58,306 nucleotides of DNA from the NCBI GenBank assembly GCA_965661025.1, contig CBFICG010000001.1:1-58306 (forward strand), read 5' to 3'. The translations under genes and the position numbers were made by a program. Shown here in pieces: positions 1 to 10,136 of the stretch (the stretch's first letter is position 1; each line of letters opens with the position of its first letter). The notes under the pieces are model-generated. The model was not told the DNA's origin, made no database searches, and was given only the letters and a program-made list of their open reading frames with translations. This DNA comes from Flavobacteriaceae bacterium (GTDB taxonomy: Bacteria > Bacteroidota > Bacteroidia > Flavobacteriales > Flavobacteriaceae).

Positions 1-2
1 AT

Positions 3-1214
3 ACTATTGCTGGTTTCTCAACTGTTGTAGAAGCAGATGGAAAAAACAACAATCCTAAAATTGTAAACCTTACTGCATTTTCTTCTGTTGCTGGTACTGC
101 GCTTCAGTTTAAAAAGCAATCTGGTGCTACTATCACTGGTCTATCACTTATGGGTTACGCTACAAGAATTGATATGAAAGACGACGGAGATTTATCCAAT
201 GTTGTAATTGAAGGGGAAGCTGGTCATCCATCACTTGGATATGACGGAGCGGCAACTGTTGATATTGCAGATTTTGCATGGGCAACTAACAACACTTCTA
301 TTCCAACTGAAAGCACAACACTTTCTGGATCTATTAGTTCAAATAGAGTGTTAAACTCCACAAAAACATATTTAATTGACGGTGGTGTTCGAGTAAAAAG
401 TGGTGCTACATTAACTATCCCTGCTGGAACAACTATCAAATCAAATGTGGGTACAGGGAACTTCCTTGCTGTTGAAGTTGGTGGAATAATCAACCTTACA
501 GGTACAAACGATCATCCTGTAGTAATGGATTCTAACGCAACTACTCCTGCTCCTGGTGACTGGGGAGGATTACTTGTATGTGGTGATGCTACAACAACTG
601 AGGGTGTAGACGCTGTTGCTGAGGTTGCTGGACTTGTGTATGGTGGTGATGATGATGATGACCACTCTGGAACTATAGAGTACCTTGTTATCAAAAATGC
701 TGGTGCACAAATTAACTCTGAGTCTCAATATAATGGTTTAACATTATACGCAGTTGGATCAGGTACAACAATTTCAAATGTTGCAGTAATTGATGGTGAT
801 GATGATGGTGTTGAATTCTTTGGTGGAACCGTTTCTGCTACAAATTTATACTTTGAAAACAACTCTGATGACTCTGTGGATTGGACAGAAGGTTGGAATG
901 GTACAATCACAAATACATATGTGAGCCATACTGTAGCTGGTTTCTCTACTGCAGTAGAAGCAGATGGAACAAACAACAATCCTAAAATTGTTAACTTCAC
1001 TGCTGTATCCACTGTTAATGGTACTGCGCTTCAGTTTAAAAAGCAATCTGGTGCTACAATCACAGGATTACACCTTTCAGGTTATGCCAAAAACATTGAC
1101 ATGAAAGACAGCGGACCATTGGCTAATGTAAAAATTGAAGGAAATGATGCAAGTACTTCGGCTACTTATAACGCCACTGCTCTTGACATTTCTTCTTGGA
1201 CTTGGTTTAAATAA
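3..1214 (+). CDS. Secreted repeat protein, 5' partial, built of tandem ~309-aa modules (parallel beta-helix-like)
   Basis: The frame of the 150..1214 ORF stays open back to the window edge (codons from nt 3: TIAGFSTVVEADGKNNNPKIVNL...). Residues encoded at 3..230 repeat those at 930..1157. Motifs seen are GDWGGLLVCGD, DDDGVEFFGGTV and DDSVDWTEGWNG. No family is recognised with certainty. Confidence 0.6.
   Translation, partial: TIAGFSTVVEADGKNNNPKIVNLTAFSSVAGTALQFKKQSGATITGLSLMGYATRIDMKDDGDLSNVVIEGEAGHPSLGYDGAATVDIADFAWATNNTSIPTESTTLSGSISSNRVLNSTKTYLIDGGVRVKSGATLTIPAGTTIKSNVGTGNFLAVEVGGIINLTGTNDHPVVMDSNATTPAPGDWGGLLVCGDATTTEGVDAVAEVAGLVYGGDDDDDHSGTIEYLVIKNAGAQINSESQYNGLTLYAVGSGTTISNVAVIDGDDDGVEFFGGTVSATNLYFENNSDDSVDWTEGWNGTITNTYVSHTVAGFSTAVEADGTNNNPKIVNFTAVSTVNGTALQFKKQSGATITGLHLSGYAKNIDMKDSGPLANVKIEGNDASTSATYNATALDISSWTWFK
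9..1152 (+). repeat. Intragenic tandem duplication with a 927-nt period (copy tails at 9..225 and 936..1152)
   Basis: gctggtttctc starts at nt 9 and again at nt 936. The block ggtactgcgcttcagtttaaaaagcaatctggtgctac is identical at about 95..132 and about 1022..1059. Confidence 0.8.
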
Positions 1215-1246
1215 GACACATATCCTTATTTAACAAATTGATAATC

Positions 1247-1277
1247 AAAAAGCCTCCATTTTTATGGGGGCTTTTTT
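1247..1277 (+). terminator. Rho-independent terminator after the repeat-protein gene
   Basis: Stem AGCCTCCA (1251..1258) pairs with TGGGGGCT (1265..1272) with one G-U pair, loop TTTTTA. It is flanked by an A-run upstream and a T6 run downstream. Confidence 0.7.
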
Positions 1278-1290
1278 ATATTATTGCCAA

Positions 1291-3591
1291 ATGGATTTTT
1301 ACCTCATCATTATCATTGCCCTTGCGGTACTTGCCACCGCAGACTTGGTTGTGGGTGTTAGCAACGATGCGGTTAACTTCCTTAATTCGGCTATTGGTTC
1401 TAAAGCCATTAGCTTTAGAACCGTGATGATTATTGCTAGTTTGGGGGTAGCTGCTGGTGCCATTTTCTCGAGTGGACTTATGGAAGTGGCACGAAAGGGA
1501 ATCTTTAATCCTGACTTGTTTTACTTTGATGAAATCATGGTCATTTTTATGGCAGTGATGCTCACCGATATTTTATTATTGGATTTTTTCAACACCCTCG
1601 GAATGCCTACCTCAACGACGGTATCTATTGTGTTTGAATTATTAGGTGCTGCTGTGGCCATTTCGCTCATCAAGATTTATATGGGCGGAGCAACGGAATC
1701 GTTGTTGGAATTTATCAATGTGAGTAAAGCTACACAAATCATCATGGGCATTTTGCTCTCGGTATTTATTGCCTTTACTGTGGGTGCAGTGGTTCAATAC
1801 GTAAGCAGACTTATATTAACCTTTCATTTTGAAAAAAATCCCAAATGGATGGGTGCGATTTTTGGTGGTATTGCCATGACTGCGATAACCTATTTTATTT
1901 TAGCTAAGGGAATCAAAGGAACCCCTTTTGCCGACAACACGTATGCCTTTCTTGGAGGAATATCACTAAAAGATTTTGTGGCCACCCAGGCATACCGTGT
2001 ACTTTTTGTAAGCTGGGGAGTATGGACAGCGTTTTCACTCGTGGTTGCCTATCTGTTTAGAACTGATATTTATAAGGTAATTATTGTCGTTGGTACATTT
2101 TCGTTAGCATTGGCATTTGCAGGTAACGACTTGGTAAACTTTATTGGTGTACCTATCGCCGCATGGCAATCTTACGAAGCGTGGAAAATATCTGGCGTTA
2201 GTGCAGAGCTTTTTAACATGTCTTTCTTATCTGCGAAAGTGGCAACGCCCACGGTGCTATTGATTATTGCCGGATTAGTTATGGTGATTACATTATGGTT
2301 ATCGTCAAAAGCTCAAGAAGTACTCAAAACTTCCATTGAATTATCACGTCAAGAACGTACAAACGAACGCTTTGACTCCAATGCTTTTTCACGTAATTTG
2401 GTTTATGCTTTTGTTGGTTCGGTACGAGTTGTGGAAGCTATAACACCAGCAATACTTATTGAAAAAATCAAGAGGCGTTTTACCCCTGCCAAAGTGAAAC
2501 GCTACGCAAAACCAGAAGATGCACCTGCATTTGATAATATCAGAGCGTCGATTAACCTCACAGTAGCCGCAGTACTTATATCTATTGCAACATCTTACAA
2601 ATTACCATTATCAACCACTTATGTAACGTTTATGGTGGCTATGGGAACTTCACTCGCCGATCGTGCTTGGGGGTCAGATAGTGCCGTTTACCGTGTTGCT
2701 GGAGTACTTAACGTTATTGCGGGCTGGTTTCTCACGGCACTAACAGCATTTACAGCTTGTGGTATTGTGGCAGCAATTCTTTACATTGGAAAACTCCCTG
2801 CTCTTCTTGCGTTACTTGCTGTTACCGTTTTTCTGCTTATCACTAACTATCGTAAGCACAAAAAAAATGTAACGGAATCCAATCGTGAGCGTGATTTACA
2901 AATGATTGAAAGCTCGTCTGTACAAGGACTTATTGTAGAAAGTGCTTACAATGTATCAATGATGGTGAACAAGTGTAATGACATTTATCTTGCTTCTGTT
3001 AATGGTTTGGCTAAACAAAACACCGAAGCACTTAGAGCTACCAAACGAGAGGTTATTCGTCTTGGGAAAGAAATAGAAAAACTCCGTAACGAGCTGTTTT
3101 ATTTTATCCAAGAAATGGATGAAGAAAGTGTGGGGGTAAGTCACTTTTACATCAACTTAATTAGTATTTTAGAAGATATGGCGCAATCGTTGGAATACAT
3201 TACCAAGGCGTCACACAAGCACGTAAATAACAATCACCGCCAGTTAAAGTATTCTCAGATTAAGGAATTAAAAGAAACACAATTGGATTTAGATGAATTG
3301 TTTGCTGAAATCCGTTTTGCCTTTGATTTGACTGATTTTGAGGCTGTTAGTACCATCCTTCCCAAAAAGGAAATGCTGTTTAAAAACATAGATGAAAAAA
3401 TAAATCAACAGGTACTTAGAACGCGAAGCAAAGAGGAAAAGAGTCCCAAAAACACCACGCTTTTCTTTAGTTTAATGATCGAAACAAAAGATTTAATTGT
3501 AGCTACTTTTAACTTAATTGAACTTTACTACCTTAAATTCGATCCAAAAGTAGCTCCGCGAAAAGTTAGCGAAGGACAAAAAGACCGCTAA
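1291..3591 (+). CDS. Inorganic phosphate transporter, PiT/PHO4 family, with a C-terminal soluble helical (PhoU-like) tail
   Basis: Duplicated PiT signatures GVSNDAVNFLNSAIGSK and AGNDLVNFIGVPIAAW, with many TM segments. The last ~230 aa are hydrophilic and helical. ATG 1291 is preferred because ATG 1264 lies inside the upstream terminator hairpin. Confidence 0.8.
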   Translation: MDFYLIIIIALAVLATADLVVGVSNDAVNFLNSAIGSKAISFRTVMIIASLGVAAGAIFSSGLMEVARKGIFNPDLFYFDEIMVIFMAVMLTDILLLDFFNTLGMPTSTTVSIVFELLGAAVAISLIKIYMGGATESLLEFINVSKATQIIMGILLSVFIAFTVGAVVQYVSRLILTFHFEKNPKWMGAIFGGIAMTAITYFILAKGIKGTPFADNTYAFLGGISLKDFVATQAYRVLFVSWGVWTAFSLVVAYLFRTDIYKVIIVVGTFSLALAFAGNDLVNFIGVPIAAWQSYEAWKISGVSAELFNMSFLSAKVATPTVLLIIAGLVMVITLWLSSKAQEVLKTSIELSRQERTNERFDSNAFSRNLVYAFVGSVRVVEAITPAILIEKIKRRFTPAKVKRYAKPEDAPAFDNIRASINLTVAAVLISIATSYKLPLSTTYVTFMVAMGTSLADRAWGSDSAVYRVAGVLNVIAGWFLTALTAFTACGIVAAILYIGKLPALLALLAVTVFLLITNYRKHKKNVTESNRERDLQMIESSSVQGLIVESAYNVSMMVNKCNDIYLASVNGLAKQNTEALRATKREVIRLGKEIEKLRNELFYFIQEMDEESVGVSHFYINLISILEDMAQSLEYITKASHKHVNNNHRQLKYSQIKELKETQLDLDELFAEIRFAFDLTDFEAVSTILPKKEMLFKNIDEKINQQVLRTRSKEEKSPKNTTLFFSLMIETKDLIVATFNLIELYYLKFDPKVAPRKVSEGQKDR

Positions 3592-3592
3592 T

Positions 3593-3622
3593 AAAAAAGC
3601 GCTACTTGCGTAGCGCTTTTTT
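3593..3622. terminator. Bidirectional intrinsic terminator between the convergent PiT and nrdA genes
   Basis: An A6 run is followed by GCGCTAC (3599..3605), loop TTGC, GTAGCGC (3610..3616) and a T6 run. The stem is a perfect 7 bp with U-tracts on both strands. Confidence 0.8.
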
Positions 3623-3641
3623 ATTGTGTAGTACTTCTTCG

Positions 3642-6059
3642 TTACGAACCACACATAAGGCAGTCGTCGTCTTCACTTTCTTTAGATTTTGAAAGCATTT
3701 CTTTGAGCTCGGTAGGGGTTAGTGGCTCCACGGCAACAGACGCTTTTGCTTTGGGCGTAGTAGCAACTTCTGCTACTGGAACCGCTTCGGTCTTTTTCTT
3801 AACGGTGAACTTAATCGCATCCACGGCGGACTTTGTGCGCAAATAATACATCCCTGTTTTTAAGCCCGATTTCCAGGCGTAGAAGTGCATTGACGTAAGC
3901 TTTGACATCGTTGCGCCCTCCATAAACAAATTCAACGACTGCGACTGGTCGATGAAATATCCGCGGTGACGAGACATATCAATAATGTCTTTCATACTCA
4001 TCTCCCAAACTGTTTTGTACAACGCTCTGATTTCCTCGGGAATGGTTTCTATGTGTTGAATTGACCCATTAGCACGCATCAATTCTTGCTTCATCTCCTC
4101 ATCCCAAAGACCAAGATTCACAAGGTCTTCTAACAGGTGTTTGTTTACCACTATAAACTCCCCAGAAAGCACACGTCGGGTATAAATATTTGATGTGTAG
4201 GGCTCAAAACACTCATTATTCCCCAAAATTTGTGAGGTAGATGCGGTAGGCATAGGTGCCATCAATAGCGAATTGCGCACCCCGTGCTTCTTGATTTCCT
4301 TGCGTAATCCGGCCCAGTCCCAACGACCACTAAGTTCGTCGTCTTTAATGCCCCACATATTGTGTTGAAATTCCCCTTTCGAAATGGGAGATCCTTTGTA
4401 GGATTGATAAGGGCCTTCTACTTTTGCCATTTCTTTTGAGGCTGTAAGCGACGCAAAATAGATCGTCTCAAAAATTTCTTGATTAAGGGTTTTTGCCTCT
4501 TCACTGGTAAACGGTAACCGCAATTTGATAAATGTATCGGCAAGACCTTGTACCCCTAAGCCCACCGGACGGTGGCGCATATTCGAATTTTCCGCTTCTG
4601 GGACTGGGTAATAATTGCGGTCAATAACCTGATTTAAATTTTTGGTTACCCGTATCGTTACCTCATAGAGCTCTTGATGATCAAATACCCCATCCTTTAC
4701 AAACATTGGTAGTGCAATCGATGCCAAGTTACATACCGCTACCTCATCTTTTGAGGTATACTCCATAATTTCGGTACATAAATTGGACGAACGAATAGTC
4801 CCCAAATTCTTCTGATTAGACTTGCGATTCGCTGCATCTTTGTACAGCATATAGGGTGTACCCGTTTCTATTTGGGATTCTAAAATTTTCTCCCAAAGCT
4901 CACGTGCCTTTATCGTTTTGCGTCCTCTGTTTTCAGATTCGTACTTTAAGTATAACGCTTCAAATTCTTCGCTATGACAGTCGTAAAGTCCAGGGCACTC
5001 ATTCGGGCACATTAGCGTCCACTCGGTGTTTTCCTCCACGCGTTTCATGAACAAATCCGGAATCCACATGGCATAGAATAAATCACGTGCACGCATTTCT
5101 TCTTTACCGTGGTTTTTCTTCAAATCTAAAAAGTCAAAAATATCGGCATGCCATGGTTCCACATAAATCGCAAAAGATCCTTTGCGCTTGCCACCACCTT
5201 GATCCACATAGCGCGCTGTATCGTTATACACACGGAGCATGGGTACGATACCATTTGACGTACCGTTGGTTCCAGCAATATAAGATCCTGTGGCGCGTAC
5301 ATTGTGGATAGACAAACCTATACCACCTGCAGACTGTGAGATTTTTGCCGTTTGTTTTAACGTATCATATATTCCGTCAATACTATCATCTCTCATAGAA
5401 AGCAAAAAACACGAAGACATCTGTGGCTTTGGTGTTCCAGAATTAAAAAGCGTTGGTGTTGCATGCGTAAAATAACGCTTAGACATCAAGTGATACGTCT
5501 CAATAGCAGCATCTAAGTCCGTAGGGTGAATTCCCACTGAAACACGCATTAACATGTGCTGTGGGCGCTCGGCAATATTCCCGTTTATTTTGAGCAGATA
5601 AGACCGCTCAAGAGTTTTAAATCCAAAATAATCATAACCAAAATCACGGTTGTAAATAATGGTAGAGTCCAGTAAATCAGCGTTTTCTTGTATTACATTG
5701 TAAACCTCATCTGAAAGTAACGGTGACTTTTTCTCGGTACGTGGATTCACGTACTCGTAAAGATCAGTCATGGTTTCGGAAAACGATTTTTTGGTATTTT
5801 TATGTAGGTTTGATACCGAAACACGTGCTGCCAATTGTGCATAATCAGGGTGCACTGTGGTCATGGAGGCTGCTGTTTCTGCAGCAAGACTATCAAGTTC
5901 GGACGTGGTTACACCATCGTATAAACCTTCAATCACTTTCATGGCAACTTTTACAGGGTCCACAAGCTCATTAAGTCCATAGCACAGCTTCCTTACCCGC
6001 GCCGTAATTTTATCAAACATGATGGGTTCTTTTCGCCCATCTCTCTTTACTACATACAT
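3642..6059 (-). CDS. nrdA: Ribonucleoside-diphosphate reductase, class Ia, alpha subunit
   Basis: N-terminal ATP-cone ([20 protein letters not shown]), catalytic loop SSNLCTEI, and a C-terminal redox tail ending DDCLMCGS. The 805-aa length fits. Confidence 0.95.
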   Translation of the reverse strand: MYVVKRDGRKEPIMFDKITARVRKLCYGLNELVDPVKVAMKVIEGLYDGVTTSELDSLAAETAASMTTVHPDYAQLAARVSVSNLHKNTKKSFSETMTDLYEYVNPRTEKKSPLLSDEVYNVIQENADLLDSTIIYNRDFGYDYFGFKTLERSYLLKINGNIAERPQHMLMRVSVGIHPTDLDAAIETYHLMSKRYFTHATPTLFNSGTPKPQMSSCFLLSMRDDSIDGIYDTLKQTAKISQSAGGIGLSIHNVRATGSYIAGTNGTSNGIVPMLRVYNDTARYVDQGGGKRKGSFAIYVEPWHADIFDFLDLKKNHGKEEMRARDLFYAMWIPDLFMKRVEENTEWTLMCPNECPGLYDCHSEEFEALYLKYESENRGRKTIKARELWEKILESQIETGTPYMLYKDAANRKSNQKNLGTIRSSNLCTEIMEYTSKDEVAVCNLASIALPMFVKDGVFDHQELYEVTIRVTKNLNQVIDRNYYPVPEAENSNMRHRPVGLGVQGLADTFIKLRLPFTSEEAKTLNQEIFETIYFASLTASKEMAKVEGPYQSYKGSPISKGEFQHNMWGIKDDELSGRWDWAGLRKEIKKHGVRNSLLMAPMPTASTSQILGNNECFEPYTSNIYTRRVLSGEFIVVNKHLLEDLVNLGLWDEEMKQELMRANGSIQHIETIPEEIRALYKTVWEMSMKDIIDMSRHRGYFIDQSQSLNLFMEGATMSKLTSMHFYAWKSGLKTGMYYLRTKSAVDAIKFTVKKKTEAVPVAEVATTPKAKASVAVEPLTPTELKEMLSKSKESEDDDCLMCGS

Positions 6060-6137
6060 CGTTTTTAAGGTTTTTTATTGGTTAATACATCGCAAGTCAA
6101 ATGGACGAACGACACCTGTACATCATTGGGGTGTAGA

Positions 6138-7121
6138 CTAAAAGTCGTCTCCAAATGAGTACTTTTCTGTTTCCTCTTTTTCTTGGTTCATCACACCCGC
6201 TTTTTGGTATTCTGACACCCGCTTTTCGAAGAAATTTGTTTTTCCTTGAAGCGAAATCATATCCATAAAGTCAAATGGGTTAGACACGTTGAACTCTTTT
6301 TCCAAGTTAAGTTCTACAAGCAAGCGATCGGTAACAAACTCCAAATACTGCGTCATCAGTTTGGCATTCATCCCAATAAGACTTACAGGGAGCGATTCGG
6401 TAATAAACTCCCGTTCAATGTTTAGCGCATCGATGATAATTTCGCGAATACGAGCTGGCGGAACCTTATTCACCAAGTGGGTGTTGTGTAAGTGTACCGC
6501 AAAATCACAATGCATGCCTTCGTCACGCGAAATTAATTCGTTTGAAAATGTTAGCCCAGGCATTAAGCCGCGCTTTTTCAGCCAGAAAATAGAACAAAAT
6601 GCCCCTGAAAAGAAAATACCCTCTACTGCTGCAAAGGCAATAAGTCGCTCTGCAAAAGAATCTGAATCAACCCAACGAAGTGCCCAGTCTGCCTTTTTCT
6701 TAATGGCAGGGAATACCTCAATAGCTTGAAAGAGGCTGTTCTTTTCTGTTTCGTCTTTTACATAAGTATCAATGAGCAGCGAATAGGTTTCCGAGTGGAT
6801 GTTTTCCATCATTATTTGAAAGCCATAGAAAAATTTAGCTTCGCTGTATTGTACTTCATTCACAAAATTCTCTGCCAGGTTTTCATTCACAATGCCGTCC
6901 GAAGCTGCAAAAAATGCCAAAATATGTTTGATGAAATAGCGCTCATCATCGTTTAACTTGGCTGTCCAATCGGTGAGGTCTTGGTGTAGGTCAATTTCCT
7001 CTGCTGTCCAAAAACACGCTTCCTGCTTTTTGTACCACTCCCAAATATCATGGTGCTCAATAGGGAAAATAACAAAACGGTTCTTGTTTTCAGACAAAAT
7101 GGGCTCTACAGAAACTGACAT
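6138..7121 (-). CDS. nrdB: Ribonucleoside-diphosphate reductase, beta subunit (R2)
   Basis: Ferritin-like di-iron ligand motifs ([17 protein letters not shown]) and a C-terminal R1-binding acidic tail ending FGDDF. It lies directly upstream of nrdA on the same strand. Confidence 0.95.
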   Translation of the reverse strand: MSVSVEPILSENKNRFVIFPIEHHDIWEWYKKQEACFWTAEEIDLHQDLTDWTAKLNDDERYFIKHILAFFAASDGIVNENLAENFVNEVQYSEAKFFYGFQIMMENIHSETYSLLIDTYVKDETEKNSLFQAIEVFPAIKKKADWALRWVDSDSFAERLIAFAAVEGIFFSGAFCSIFWLKKRGLMPGLTFSNELISRDEGMHCDFAVHLHNTHLVNKVPPARIREIIIDALNIEREFITESLPVSLIGMNAKLMTQYLEFVTDRLLVELNLEKEFNVSNPFDFMDMISLQGKTNFFEKRVSEYQKAGVMNQEKEETEKYSFGDDF

Positions 7122-7188
7122 AATTTTTTTTTAAAAGTTAAATGGGATGCTTATTGCTTTACAAATGTTCCAAAAATTAAGCACAAAT

Positions 7189-7217
7189 AAAAGGCATACT
7201 TTTCCACAATGCCTTTT
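7189..7217 (-). terminator. Perfect 9-bp hairpin between the DUF3109-like gene and nrdB (terminator or nrd leader element)
   Basis: AAAAGGCAT (7189..7197) pairs with ATGCCTTTT (7209..7217) around an 11-nt loop. A T-rich tract follows on the minus strand. The stem is AT-rich, so this is only a moderate call. Confidence 0.4.
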
Positions 7218-7326
7218 AGTTTTTAACAAAAACTAAGGTTTATCTTACAAAAATCAACAGAAAATTTTAAACCTAATATGCTGAATTTAAGCACTTTAAT
7301 AATTCGCCTTATGAGAAGCCTGCTTT

Positions 7327-7908
7327 TTATTGTTTTAGTTGGACAGCAAATTCTTGAGCCGCCGCGTGCAATGCATTATACCACGCTTCTCCAAACTTTC
7401 GCACCAACGCATGTTTCACAAATTGATACAAGGGACGCTTTAATGCTGTACCTAAATCACAACCCGAACCACAAATAGACCATTCATGATAATTAACAGC
7501 TACAAATGCACTGTAGTTTTTTACACGAACAGGATATAAATGGCAAGAGATGGGTTTTTGTAACGCTGTTTTTCCGTTTTGATGGGCTTGTTCAATTCCA
7601 CATTGAGCTACTCCTTTATCGTCGTAATTGATGTAAACACATGCCTTGCCATCTATAAGTGGTGTTTCCCACTCTTTAAAAGCGTTTTGGGTAGCAACTC
7701 CTTGTGCCTCCAAGGCATCTATACCATCTTTTGTCAAAAACGGTTTTAGGTCGTGCCACTGTGCTTTTAGTTGCTCGATTTCTTCTATTTCTAACGGCGC
7801 ACCTGCTTCGCCTTCAACACAACATGCGCCTTTGCAGGCAGACACATCACACGTAAAAGCTTGCTCAAAAAGGGCTTCAGAAACCAAGGTTTTACCTAAT
7901 TGGAACAT
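7327..7908 (-). CDS. DUF3109-like Cys-rich protein
   Basis: Cys cluster CDVSACKGACCVEGEAGAPL and later CHLYPVR and WSICGSGC, typical of the Bacteroidota DUF3109 family. Recognition is from memory. Confidence 0.6.
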   Translation of the reverse strand: MFQLGKTLVSEALFEQAFTCDVSACKGACCVEGEAGAPLEIEEIEQLKAQWHDLKPFLTKDGIDALEAQGVATQNAFKEWETPLIDGKACVYINYDDKGVAQCGIEQAHQNGKTALQKPISCHLYPVRVKNYSAFVAVNYHEWSICGSGCDLGTALKRPLYQFVKHALVRKFGEAWYNALHAAAQEFAVQLKQ

Positions 7909-7955
7909 GATGCTAAACTACAATTTTGATAGCACAAAAACAGTACCTTTAATTT

Positions 7956-8528
7956 ATGTTTAGTTTGAAAGAAATAGTAACCTGTACCATGGTATTGTTT
8001 GCCGTAATTGATATTATTGGCAGTATACCCATAATTATTGGACTACGTCAAAAAATTGGGCACATACAATCTGAAAAAGCCTCGTTTGTGGCTGGAATCA
8101 TTATGATTGGATTCTTGTTTTTGGGCGAAAGCATTCTAAAGCTTATCGGAATTGATGTAAATTCCTTTGCGGTTGCGGGAGCACTAATTATTTTCTTTTT
8201 AGCACTCGAAATGATTTTAGGTATTCAGCTATACAAAGATGAATCGTCCGAAACGGCATCTATCGTTCCGATTGCTTTTCCGCTGATTGCAGGTGCGGGA
8301 ACGCTCACCTCCTTGCTATCCCTTCGCGCAGCGTATGATGTTGCTAACATCATCCCTGCCATTGTAATCAACATCGTAATTGTTTACATCGTATTAAAAT
8401 CATCCCAACAGATTGAACGTGTTATAGGACAATCGGGGATAAATGTTATCCGTAAAGTTTTTGGTGTCGTGCTTATGGCAATAGCCGTTAAGCTATTTGC
8501 TGAAAATCTGCAGCAATTATTTCACTAG
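7956..8528 (+). CDS. MarC family (UPF0056) integral membrane protein
   Basis: 190 aa with about 6 TM segments, and a DIIGSIPIIIGL N-terminal motif typical of MarC. Confidence 0.7.
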   Translation: MFSLKEIVTCTMVLFAVIDIIGSIPIIIGLRQKIGHIQSEKASFVAGIIMIGFLFLGESILKLIGIDVNSFAVAGALIIFFLALEMILGIQLYKDESSETASIVPIAFPLIAGAGTLTSLLSLRAAYDVANIIPAIVINIVIVYIVLKSSQQIERVIGQSGINVIRKVFGVVLMAIAVKLFAENLQQLFH

Positions 8529-8571
8529 CCGAAAAAGAAACTCTAATACTGAAAAAATTTTGTGAGGAGCG

Positions 8572-8760
8572 TTAAGCAAGTTTTACGTCGCTTGCCGCTT
8601 TACCTCTTTTTCCATCAACAATTTCAAATGTCACGCTATCACCTTCGTTGATTGAAAGGCCATCTAACGCGCTAATATGTACAAAAACATCCTCCCCTGA
8701 GTCAGAGGTTATAAAGCCAAATCCTTTTGACTCGTTGAAAAATTTAACAGTACCTTGCAT
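8572..8760 (-). CDS. Cold-shock protein (CSD)
   Basis: [15 protein letters not shown] (RNP1) and DVFVHISAL (RNP2) in a 62-aa protein. Confidence 0.9.
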   Translation of the reverse strand: MQGTVKFFNESKGFGFITSDSGEDVFVHISALDGLSINEGDSVTFEIVDGKRGKAASDVKLA

Positions 8761-8930
8761 AAAAATAAAAATATAATTCAGGCAAGATTACAACAATTAT
8801 TTAGATTTATAACCTATTAAGTAAATTATATTTCTATCCTAAACTAAATGTCTACTAGCAATTATGATACACTCTTAGCTATATTTGTTTAAAATATTGC
8901 TTGCATTCCTAACTTACTTAAAATACCCTT

Positions 8931-9134
8931 ATGAAAATTCTGATTTATGTTTTTTTGGCACTCGCCGCTGGACTGCTTATTTTTAATGTATTTCATATTG
9001 ATTTTGGAGCACCCTTGGAAGGCGACAGTTTTGCCGCTGTTGTAGGGGTTGGTGCAAGTTTGTGTGCCATTATATTACTTGTGATTTTAAAAATCGCCCT
9101 AAAAATTCAAAAGAAAATCAAGAATCAATCCTGA
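8931..9134 (+). CDS. Small two-TM hypothetical membrane protein
   Basis: 67-aa ORF with two hydrophobic helices and a basic tail. There is no recognisable family and coding status is unproven. Confidence 0.35.
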   Translation: MKILIYVFLALAAGLLIFNVFHIDFGAPLEGDSFAAVVGVGASLCAIILLVILKIALKIQKKIKNQS

Positions 9135-9556
9135 GGTAGCTGTACTAACTCCACCCCTGCTCGTTCCAAAAAATCTAATCCAGAAGAATCTTTGTAGGCA
9201 GTGGCATAAACTACGCGTTTTATCCCTGCTTGATATATAAGTTTGCTGCATTCTTTACACGGGGATAGCGTAATATAAAGCGTTGCGCCGGCACAAGACT
9301 GCGTCGAAGACGCTACCTTCATAATGGCATTTGCCTCCGCGTGAAGCACATACCATTTGGTATAATGGTCTTCGTCCTCGCATTCGTTTTCAAAGCCCGT
9401 TGGTGTACCATTATACCCGTCTGAAATAATCATACGGTCTTTTACAATTAAAGCACCCACTTTTTTGCGCTCACAATGCGAAAGTTGCGCCCATTCCATT
9501 GCCATACGCATATAGGCGGTATCGTATCGAAGTTGTTTTTTTGCGGCTTTTGTCAT
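9125..9556 (-). CDS. Deoxycytidylate (dCMP) deaminase
   Basis: Zinc motifs HAEANAI and PCKECSKLI, 143 aa. Confidence 0.85.
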   Translation of the reverse strand: MTKAAKKQLRYDTAYMRMAMEWAQLSHCERKKVGALIVKDRMIISDGYNGTPTGFENECEDEDHYTKWYVLHAEANAIMKVASSTQSCAGATLYITLSPCKECSKLIYQAGIKRVVYATAYKDSSGLDFLERAGVELVQLPQD

Positions 9557-10131
9557 AATGCGCTAGCAGATGATATCAGAATCGGCGCTAAAATACCGAT
9601 AATTATACTACTCCCCACAAGCAAGCGATCACGCTTTGAAACACCTAAATGACTCAATACCGTATTGAGAAAAACAACCACAATTACGGCTATTATTTGA
9701 GCCGCTTCAATACCAAGGGTAAAGTATAACAATGGAAAGCCGATGCCTTTAGCGGAAAAGACCATTGAGAAATAATTGGAAAATCCCAATCCGTGAATGA
9801 TGCCAAAAAATACAGCCAGTAACAAAAATGGCGTTGACGATTTTGCGGTAATGGCATTGTTCCAATACAACACATGCATGGCGGTAAGCAGAATGGTAAT
9901 GGGAATGAGGAACTCAATCCACGAGGGGGTAATCCGCACAATGCCCGCCGATGCCGCCCAAAGAGAAACTGTATGCCCTATAGTAAAAACAGTGACCAAA
10001 AGCACCAATTGACGTAATTGTTTGTATAAATAAGGTAAGGTAAGTACCACCAAAAACAGGAGGTGGTCGTAGGCATTGGGATCCAAAATGTGGTTTAACC
10101 CAAGTTTAGTGTAAAAAAGAAAGTCGTCCAT
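9553..10131 (-). CDS. HupE/UreJ family membrane protein
   Basis: About 6 TM segments, with N-terminal GLNHILDPNAYDHLLFLVVL and HGLGFS motifs. Its stop overlaps the start of the downstream deaminase gene by 4 nt. Confidence 0.65.
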   Translation of the reverse strand: MDDFLFYTKLGLNHILDPNAYDHLLFLVVLTLPYLYKQLRQLVLLVTVFTIGHTVSLWAASAGIVRITPSWIEFLIPITILLTAMHVLYWNNAITAKSSTPFLLLAVFFGIIHGLGFSNYFSMVFSAKGIGFPLLYFTLGIEAAQIIAVIVVVFLNTVLSHLGVSKRDRLLVGSSIIIGILAPILISSASAL

Positions 10132-10136
10132 AAGTA

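Noticed and set aside
4856-5974. Four plus-strand ORFs (61 to 83 aa) inside the nrdA region
   Set aside because: They are antisense to a strongly supported, motif-rich nrdA CDS. They have no recognisable motifs and are typical shadow ORFs.
6289-6956. Plus-strand ORFs of 146 and 76 aa antisense to nrdB
   Set aside because: They are shadow frames of a confidently identified R2 gene, with Ser/Arg-rich low-information translations.
7122-7326. Possible cobalamin riboswitch or other leader RNA upstream of nrdB
   Set aside because: I found no B12-box-like GCCACTG (or its complement) in the spacer. The only structure is an AT-rich 9-bp hairpin, more simply explained as the terminator of the upstream gene.
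8761-8930. 170-nt AT-rich spacer upstream of the cold-shock gene as a structured cold-box 5' UTR or sRNA
   Set aside because: I could not identify a convincing promoter position, conserved cold-box or stable hairpin by eye, so the evidence is insufficient for a feature call.
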